A DNA stretch of 61,820 bases, counting the filler, from Choristocarpus tenellus KU-1152 (lineage: Eukaryota > Protista > Phaeophyceae): the NCBI GenBank assembly GCA_964200185.2. It is 7 parts of 7 records of this genome, joined end to end, with 100 filler letters (N's around TTAATTAATTAA, not from the genome) between each part and the next. Parts side by side here need not be neighbours in the genome. Positions count along the whole stretch, not along the records: positions 45,159 to 61,820 come from CAXNAD020000795.1; 6 more parts are not named here. One strand, given 5' to 3'. The position numbers and the translations under genes were made by a program. Positions within the stretch are counted from its first letter, which is position 1. The number at the start of each line of letters is the position of its first letter. The notes under the pieces were generated by a model. It made no database searches. It was not told the origin of the DNA and was given only the letters and a program-made list of their open reading frames with translations. Positions 53,274-61,820 of this stretch are shown here, in pieces.

Positions 53274-56200
53274 GCCACGCCTTCCCCTGACTGTAAGGTG
53301 ACCCTTGTCACCCAGTGCTCAGTAGACCGCTTCTCAAGTGCTCTTGCCCAGGCGTTGGCCTGGAGGGGTGACATCAGCCTTGCGGTCCTGATCTCCTCCA
53401 CCCCGGTCTAAAAAAATCGCAAGGTAAAATAAGGTACTCAACATACTATTTTACTAGTGCATTGCTCTAATTCTATTTATAGCTGCCGTGATGACTACTG
53501 ATTTTTTTTGTCCTATGACTATATTCAATTTGGTATAGGAAGGAGTGAGTGGAAGAATACAAGAATACCCCTTCTTTCCCCACCCTGCATGCCCATTTCT
53601 CATTATGTTTCTTGGCATTTCAATCCTCTATTCCATTACATTGTCCCCAAACATAGCTTCACCGAACGCACTTACACACACCTCATTGGAATTTTATCCT
53701 GCATCTTGGAGGTAGCATACCCTTGGAGATATCCATGATCTCTGTAAGAAGGTGAACGAGGCACATACTGGGAAGAAAGGCAACAACTAATGCACTGCAG
53801 TGGGAACAGAAATTTCTCCCCTTCCATACCTCTCTGTAGACATTGCTGTCCTGGAAGGGGCGGAAGAAGATCACAGCAGATATGACCATAGCGGCCTACT
53901 TTATCCAGTCAACACTCTTCGGAACCTCGCCGTTATACGGATGATAAACTCGAGTACAATAGACCACCAAGTCAAAGTGTTCCTATTTTGCTGCATGATG
54001 TGGTCTACCAGTTACTACATGGCTTGATCTCACTCCTATATAACTGAGGCATGCCACATGTTGTTGAGAAGAATGGGGAAAGGGGGGAAAAGGGAGGGAT
54101 GACGTACTGTGCATTGTTTTAACCTACGATGATCCTGATATTTCATTCTCCTCATATGACAAGATCATATCATGACGAAGATAAATCTTTTTATATATTG
54201 GAGTACTACAAAGTTCTTCACATGCTTGACAATTGTGCATCTACCCCATCCTCCACCCTGCCCCGTTCCCCGACCCCCACAGCTTTGCCACTCCACATTT
54301 TATGCATTGCCACAGAAGCACCACACAACATTGGTATTAAATATATCACAGCGCCCGTCCTGTTACCAGCCCCTGCTGGTGCAATCTTGCATTCACAAAA
54401 ACATAGACTTGCACATACCTCACTAACATCGCACAGACACCTCTTTTGGCAGGCCTGCGACAACATGGCCCACCCAGCCCCAACTGTGTTCCTTGTAGAC
54501 TCAGACTTTATTCCTTCAAGCAACCTCCGGTCAGAGCTGCACTTAAGTGAGGTTCAAGAGAGACTTGCAGCTGGTGCTGCGAGGTCTGTTGCTGTTGTGG
54601 TGCCCGCTCTGGAGCTAAGTGAGGACAGCAAGGAACTACCGCTGAAAGAATCACAGGTGGTCGGTGCGAAAATATTTCTCCGGTCCCTTGTTTCAATGAT
54701 TAATAGTGAATCCTTCTTAGCCCTAACATGCATTCGCACTCATGCACCCAGATCACACACTTTTTTCGTAGTTTGTGCTGAGGAGAGGGTTGGGGATGGT
54801 GTAAAGATTTGCTTGTACTTCTTTGAAGTAGATAATAGTATATTCGTGCGTCATATTTCCTGCAATTTGCTTCCCTCCCAGACCCAATTCAACATTAACC
54901 ATCAAAGTCCTCACGTGCGTGTGGCTAAAATGCTGAAAGGGGTGACAGTTCCTTCTTCAAACTTCTTCTCCTTTGTTCAGATTGCCAGAAGGTTCACGTA
55001 GCCCCAAATCTTTGTGATAAGATACATAGCCTTGTCTAGCTAGGGGTCCTTAGATGTGCACCACGTCACTACCACCTGTCCACCTTAGTTTTGAACTTTG
55101 TGTTGGGGGCAACTTGTATACCCTGACCTCACATATATCTCATGCCTCAATGTACGTTACAAACTGGGTGGTAGGTAATGGCTACTACCCCTTCGACTCA
55201 AAGAGAGGTTATTGGCATGTGGTATCAGGGTGGAGTGCAAGGCTTTCACACCGACTACTTCCCCATGGGTTATGAACCCACAGACTTTGATCGCTGGATG
55301 ATGACAGAGGAGGATGATCATGATGGAGGTATGTGATTATGGCAATGATACAATGCTTGAATCTGCTCGCCTCTGGATAGCATGGAATGAGAGATGCGTG
55401 CGTGTGTGTGTCTAGATTGGAGTGCTTATGTTTAAGAAATGAAGTTAGTTAAGTCTTGGTACAGTGTGACTGGAAATACTGGGTACGTAATGAACTTGTG
55501 TGAAGTTCCTGCAATATATAGTGCACTCAACTATGTGCTTCAAGTATCCTGGAAATGAGTATGGCATTTACCATACTAGGTTTGTCATTGAAATAATCCA
55601 ATGTGGTTGTTGTGTTCTCCTTGAGGTTTGCAACAAGCACTTATTGGCAGGCAGGGATTCTTTCAAAGCCGCATGACTCTATGCTACCGTCTCTACGGCC
55701 CTCTCAATATGAAGTAGAATCGTTTCACAAGGAGCTGAGTGTGATGTCTTGACACAAGATTGGTCTGATTGTGTACGATGTTAGCACTGACAGTCACAAA
55801 TATCTAGCCAAGGCATCCTGTATGAGGCAACCTTCTGATAGTTAGACGATGATGTTAGGGGTATCATAGTAATAGTACATAAAAGGGTATATTGGTTATA
55901 TGTCCTGTGCATGATGTGCCATATACTCATACATATTCCATTCAGATTAGAGGGCAGAGGTGCCTGTCATGTTGTTCAGAGTAGAACATGTATAGAACTC
56001 TATGAATATATTTGCATCAATTGTAGAAGGATAGAGTTGAGGGGGTGAAGGCTTATAAAGGCATGTTTCAGCACATAGCTCACCACTGCAGTCACAACGT
56101 AATCTGCAAGAAGAGTTAGGCGAAAATCGACCCTTGTCTGATAGATCTTGTTTTACCTATCGTCGCCTCCATTGTGGAACTGGAGGTTGCAAGACATAAC

Positions 56201-58660
56201 AAGGTTGAACTCTAATCATCACCTCTAACCCCTGCATGCCTCCCTGGCCGCCATGGCCCCACTGCCCTTGCCAGCTCTGGCTTACTCTGTGCCGTACAAA
56301 TCTTACTTTGAACCTTACGTGGTCATGTCCAAATCAAGTGTTCCATTCTATGATGAGAGGTTCCGTGGATATGGAATGAACAAGGCAAGTCTCGTTTCTC
56401 TTGCTTGTTTCCCTTGCATACAAAGTGAAGGGGTGATGTTTTTAATGCAATCGATGGCTGGAAAAGTAAATGGTGATGATCTTATTTGTTACCTTTGCAG
56501 CATAAGGTTCAATCACCACGTGACTTTTGGTAGCACAGAGCTGTGACTGCTGCCAAGGTAGTTATGAGAAGATGCCGTGGTGGTGGGTGCAAGCACTATG
56601 GTGCTAGCATGTCATGATCATTGTCAAAATGACCCCTAACAAATTGCGCAGAGTTCAATACATTTGTGCTTGATCCATTTGAACTGAGTGTGATATATTC
56701 TGGTGTTGGTTGAGAATCGATGTGTGAGTTGACCGAAATGAGTAGAACCAAAGTATCTTAGAGGGTAAGACCGCGTCCATTTAGGAGCCAAAATCCATTG
56801 TTACGATTTGGATGTAGTTTTGGCTATCATTTTTGTTAGGAAGTGTCAATACCTTGTTCCGGGCACACCTTTTCATAACTTACACATTTTACCTATTCCA
56901 AAAAATTTTGGAGTAGGAAAATGGAATAAACAAACCCATGGGAACGTAAGCCCCAAATGGACAAACAGGGCAAAACTCGTACCCTCTAAGATACTTTCAC
57001 TCAGTTGGGTGTATGAGTTCACAGTATAGTAGTGGTGTCCAAGGGGAGGGGTGTGTGATAGGAGAAGTAGGAAGACATGCTTGAGAACCTGATGAGATTA
57101 GCCTACTTTTGTGGACATTGATAAACATCCCTGTGAAATATCACCTATAAATACTAACTGTTTTAGTGTTCTGCACGATATGAATCTACATACGACATTC
57201 AACCAACACTATGGCCATCCATTTTGGTGTCTGTGCTTCCCTACTCCCATGTTGTTTGAATAAAGACTGCATACCTGCTGACTGTTTCTAGGGGGTTGTC
57301 TTCCGCTGACATGCACAGTGAGGGTGGACAACCTCGAACACAGCCTGCATATTTTGTAGTACTTCGAAGGGGATTTGTTTTTGCTCGCCCACACCCGAAG
57401 TCAAAGGACTAGGAGGTGACCTACGGTAGAAAGAGGGACCCTCTATGTCGGTATCAGGTGAGATTCATGTTCTTCCTGCACACCCCTGATGCATCTCCCT
57501 TCTCACCAACAAGAGGTAAGAGAGGTGAAAGCCATCCCTTTGATATATATTTGTAGTTCCTTGCTGTGGTTCTGCCCCATTTTGAGTAGGATACCAGCCT
57601 CTTATTTGTACCCCCCCCATTCCCAAATGACACCATGTAGAGATTACAAGAAAAAGATGTTGGTAGGGTGATAAATGGTTGATGCATATTATTACTGTTT
57701 AAAATTGGAACCCAAAGTCATGAATTGGAACACAAATTTAACCCCTCAATACACTAGATAATCAAACTGTCTTGGTTAACCAAAGGCCTTACTTTTCAAC
57801 AGATTATGAAACTATTTTGTCACTTGTTCTCATCCTTGTTCTACCTATACCTCACCCTAGCCCTTTTTGTTACTGAAGATTTGTTGAAAATAAGGCCATT
57901 GGTTTATGTAAGATGCGTTTGGTTACCTTATGCACTACACTGCACCAAACACAATCGTGGACCCCAGCATGCAAGCTGAATTTGCTCAAATGGTTAACTA
58001 TTCCATTGTCAACAAGTCTCAAATATACACTATTTCAATAATAGGCTCTACCCTTAATGGAAATTTGCTGTATGCCTCGCCCAACCCCACTCCATTCAGC
58101 CGGTCCATTCCTCTGACCCAACACACGTTGCCTGAATTGCCCATCCAAATGCCAACTCAAATGTGTTTGAGTCTTGCTGGAAACAGTTTCAAGCACTGTG
58201 ATCGAAGTTTCAGGGTGAGGTCAGTCAAGGCCTGCCTGCTGGGGTCTCAATCAGCTCCGAGTCGCTCATCAAGAAAACAGTGGCAGTGGCCCTGCCCATG
58301 AGGACACAAGTTGGACCCAGAGCTCAAGAGGAGCAGCAGATTGCCACGCTACCTTGCTCCTCTGCATCCACAATATCAGCTGCAATGTTGCATGCTTTGG
58401 TAACTTGTCATTCTGCAGGTGACTTGTTCAGAGGACCTTTGGTCATAATGTGTAAGGAGAGTCATAGTACCAAAGCAAGCTGCATTGCTGTGGGAGGAGA
58501 AAAAAATGTTAGGTACCCCCGTGATGCTTCTGAAAGCAATAGCAACCATGATGGGAAAGGGCTGGAGGAAGAGAGTAAGTATAGAGGGCGAAAGGGCGCA
58601 AACCTGAGCGGGATGGTTCCAGCTCATGGCGCTCAAGCCGTTGCCTTTGCATTGACCTAA
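53274..58660 (+). pseudogene. GT49-family (LARGE/B4GAT1-like) glycosyltransferase with four in-frame stops
   Basis: Exons 53274-53423 (VTLVTQCSVDR...WRGDISLAV), 53716-53940 (YPVNTLRNLA), 54453-54656 (VFLVDSDFIPS...VVVPALE), 55175-55328 (FH..YFPMGYEPTDFDRW), 56275-56384 (YFEPYVV...YDERFRGYGMNK), 57266-57457 (FVVL..GFV...PHPKS) and 58187-58660. Stops: TAA 53409, TAA 53788, TAG 57410, TGA 58199. Confidence 0.8.
56745..57002 (+). mobile_element. MITE family A (intronic)
   Basis: GAACCAAAGTATCTTAGAGGGTA...TACCCTCTAAGATACTTTCACTC. Flanks are AGTA / AGTT. Confidence 0.9.
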
Positions 58661-60005
58661 TTCAAGGAATCCTCAGACCTAGAGTGTCACGATCTTGCTG
58701 ATTTAACACAGAGGGCTTCCCTCCTGGAAATTTGAGGGAGGTAACAAGATAGAATTTACATTGCTTGCGATAAAGGTGTTTAGGTCTAACCTTCATGAGG
58801 AAGGAAGACAAAATATGTCGATTGTTAAAATCAAGAGGAAAAAGATGATTGGGTATTGCAAATTGTCCTTTTGTATGAAAAATCTACATATATTGTCGGA
58901 CTTGATAAAAAAAGGGGGGTTGCATCAATACAACTGGTGTAGACCCCCCCCCCCAGATGCTTTGGGTCTGAACCAGATGTAGCTTAGTATAATCAGTACC
59001 GTCTTAAAATTAACTCTACTTGATGTTCGAAAAGGGCACCGGGCATCAATATTAGTGGAGTGTCGCTGTATCTGACACTATGGATAGATGGTGATACTAC
59101 CACTGTACTTTGTCTGGCAAGGGCTTTAGGCCCAAATTTCGCTACCACGGCAAAAAATACTGTACATTTTGTTGTACTGACTACTCCAGAAGCACAAGGC
59201 TAAAGAAGGAAGCACATATACAAAATATGACAATCGAGGCAGTGCCATCCATTGTTAAGAACAAGGCGAAGAGCAAGGTATGTATGTATTCATTCAGCTT
59301 TGTTGATCTGATCTTGCACTGTAAAGCTGCACAACACACCATTGGCCTGCATTGTGAAAAACGTTCAGTTTGGCATGCAACCACTGCCCCGAAGACCACA
59401 CCCTCTTCAACACCTGATTTGAATCCCCAACCTTCGATGAACATTACTACTGCATATTACTCGAACTAAATTGAAATATCACACTAAAGACAAAACGCAT
59501 TTTTACACTAACATTCTGGGTTCTAATGACCCTTGAATCATGCACCTGTTGCCCTTACACCAAATCAAACCTGAGTCCCAAAGACGTGTTTGAGGTTGTC
59601 TGCTGCAAAGTTCAATTTGCTGATACCTGTTTGTGAAGGCAACAATGCCTTTCAAGGTTGAATGTCTGTGGACGAAGAGAGGATGGTCTACTTTGCCTTT
59701 GAGGTTACTACAGGCACAAAGAACTTTGAAGCTGCTAAAACAATATCACTGCCTAAACTTCACCACACAATGCACCCAATCAGCCCTTCTCCGTTTTTGA
59801 AGAAGTGTGGCAGATCAAAATCAAACATTTTGCCTCCTACATCCCACCCATCCTTGATTTTCCGCCATAGACACCACAAAAATTCGTGATCAACACCCAC
59901 ACAAGAGGCTAATCGTAGGGTCCACCCAAGGACATCTGCAACAACAGTACCAACATACTAGAAGCATCAAATCAGGAAAGTCTATGCTAATGGCTGCCAT
60001 TTCAG

Positions 60006-60370
60006 CTACGTGGATTCCAGGCTCGCGTTCATGGTCAGCCCCAATCTGGCATCAAAATCGAGGACCTGTGATGGAACAAATCATGTGGAGGGTATTCGAG
60101 GAGGTGCTATCAGCGCATTTATTGTCTGGTTTCGGCCACAGGGTCGATGCATGAAGGGTCTGACCTCACGCGTTTGCTCTAGAGCATTTTCTGGAGTAAT
60201 TTGAAATGTTGCAAAGTTCAGAAGCTAGAATAGGAGTCGGGTGCTTTGATTGAGCCCAAGAGGAAGGGTTTCAGTCATTAAATGCCATGCCAAGCACCAT
60301 GTTTACTGCACCTAGCGACCCTTGGTCACTTGTTATCGCGCGCAAGTCTTTGCAACCACTCGAGCTGTCA
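60006..60370 (-). CDS. Possible 3' exons of a hypothetical gene
   Basis: Exons 60370-60312, 60190-60165 and 60065-60006 splice in phase (DSSSGCKDLRAITSDQGSLENALEQTREVLDFDARLGLTMNASLEST*). Short and unrecognised. Confidence 0.3.
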
Positions 60371-60848
60371 CTGGTATCAGTCATTTCAAGCTCGACCCAT
60401 TTACTTGTATTTACATGTACACATACCTTGGAGGAAACCCGATTTAGAGCCTGATGTGTTTTGAGGTGTTGGCAGAGTGACGGTTAGGTCTGTTTTGGAA
60501 GGTGTCCTTAGCCTTTCACTACCTAGATCTAAGGCCTATTACATTTTCCTCTACAAGTTTCACATGATCTAGCCCCAACCTGCAATGCAGTCCGGGATAT
60601 TGCAGGTTGTAGAATGGATGCTAACCAATGGTGTGAGGAGAGTGAAGGCTATCCCAATTGCTAAGTGCATAGACTAGCCAAGAGAGCATGCTCCACCAAC
60701 CTGTGTAGTCCCATAAATATACTCTGGAGTTATTCTGATTGATTGTGGGAGGAGAATGTTGTTTTGGGAGGCATGATATCTAAGAGAGGGGTCTATTTTC
60801 GGCACTTCTCGGTATTTTGTCTTGATAAGCACTCTGCCTGTCAGAGTT

Positions 60849-61023
60849 GGGTGAAAGTATCTTAGAGGGTACGAAATTTGTCCTGTTTGTCCATTTGGGG
60901 CTTGACTTTCCATGGGTTTTTATTGACATTGTACCTACTCCTAAATTTTTGGAGTAGGAAAATGTCATAATAAAACCCATGGGAAGCCAAGCCCCAAATG
61001 GTCAAAAAGGGAAACTTTCACTT
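60849..61023. mobile_element. Palindromic derivative of MITE family A
   Basis: The right half of family A is present twice in inverted orientation around cctactcc-taaattttt-ggagtagg (60934-60958). Confidence 0.8.
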
Positions 61024-61820
61024 GTCACCCAATTTCCACCTCTGAAATGCAGGTATCGCCCATTGGGTTACAGAACTTCATCCCCAAAGTGGGACATTGC
61101 CCTCCAGTTTGCTAGAAGTACACATCCCACAAGACTACAAAAGGAGACCCTGATCCTGAACGAATCCACCCTTTACAAATTATGATGGTTCTTCTGACCA
61201 TGTGATGGTGCAAATTTGGGGCACCGAATCAGGAGGCCCGGGATGCACTGTGCACAATTTTGGTCCAGATATGGTTGAGATGTGCTTGAAGCATTTGTTC
61301 CTCTCCAGTGTTCATATGGAATGCTACGCAATGTATGTGGATATCTTGTCGTGCCCAGTCTAGGTTATTGTAGACGGATGGCCCGGTTTGTACATAAAAT
61401 TCGGAGTTATCTTTAAAAGATAGAATGTGTGCACATTTGAAATATGTTTTTATTAAAAGGACAAAGCATTGCCAGAGGAGTTATTATTATGTGACAAATA
61501 GAATATACGGAAATAGTTTCAGATTTTGTAAATTTCGATCATCACGAAATGGCCAAGGAGAGTAGTGAAATCGGTGATGACTTTATGAAGGAGGAAATAA
61601 ATATATCAATTTTAGACAGTAGTCCATCAAAACTAATACTACATAAAAAAAAGTGGATTTTAAGAATTGAGGATGGAGCTTTTTATTGAGGATGGGTTTG
61701 ACCGAAAATGGTGCGGAAAAAGTACCGATATGTTAAAAAAAAAAATTCGGCACTTTTTAAGGGTCCCTTTTTGAATGGGAATCCGTGCCGAAGAAGGTGG
61801 TAGTAGTACAGTGTGTGGGG

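Noticed and set aside
54129-55001. 290-aa ORF as a single-exon gene
   Set aside because: Only 54453-54656 matches GT49 and it is bounded by splice sites; the rest is open intron.
53409-58201. Stop-codon reassignment (TAA/TAG=Gln or TGA=Trp/Sec) as the reason for the GT49 in-frame stops
   Set aside because: RPS11 and KARI (the latter on the same contig) end in TAA, and CTPS, EFHC and the FHA gene end in TGA. None of them contains an internal stop.

Overview
Eukaryotic, intron-rich genomic DNA. It is probably from a flagellated alga or stramenopile-like protist (inference from an EFHC/Rib72-type gene, a plant-type KARI and TTAGGG repeats). The window is seven contigs joined by artificial 100-bp N44-TTAATTAATTAA-N44 linkers, so adjacency across linkers means nothing. 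Recognisable genes: 40S ribosomal protein S11, the 3' end of CTP synthase, a complete 11-exon FHA/RING-CH protein, the 3' part of an EFHC/DM10 axonemal protein, the 3' part of ketol-acid reductoisomerase, and a GT49 (LARGE/B4GAT1-like) glycosyltransferase. There are also several hypothetical spliced genes, a degraded Copia RT-RNaseH fragment and many copies of two related MITE families. Highlights: (1) a tandem array of five copies (plus one decayed copy) of a dual-guide box C/D snoRNA in RPS11 intron 2, with guides complementary to two LSU rRNA sites; (2) the GT49 gene has four in-frame stops and an apparent GT->AT donor loss, all explicable by C:G->T:A transitions, with no frameshift seen; (3) two MITE families share bipartite TIRs, two copies show 4-bp TSDs, and one is a palindromic derivative; (4) three GC-AG introns. 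All gene models were read by eye and none was confirmed by database search.
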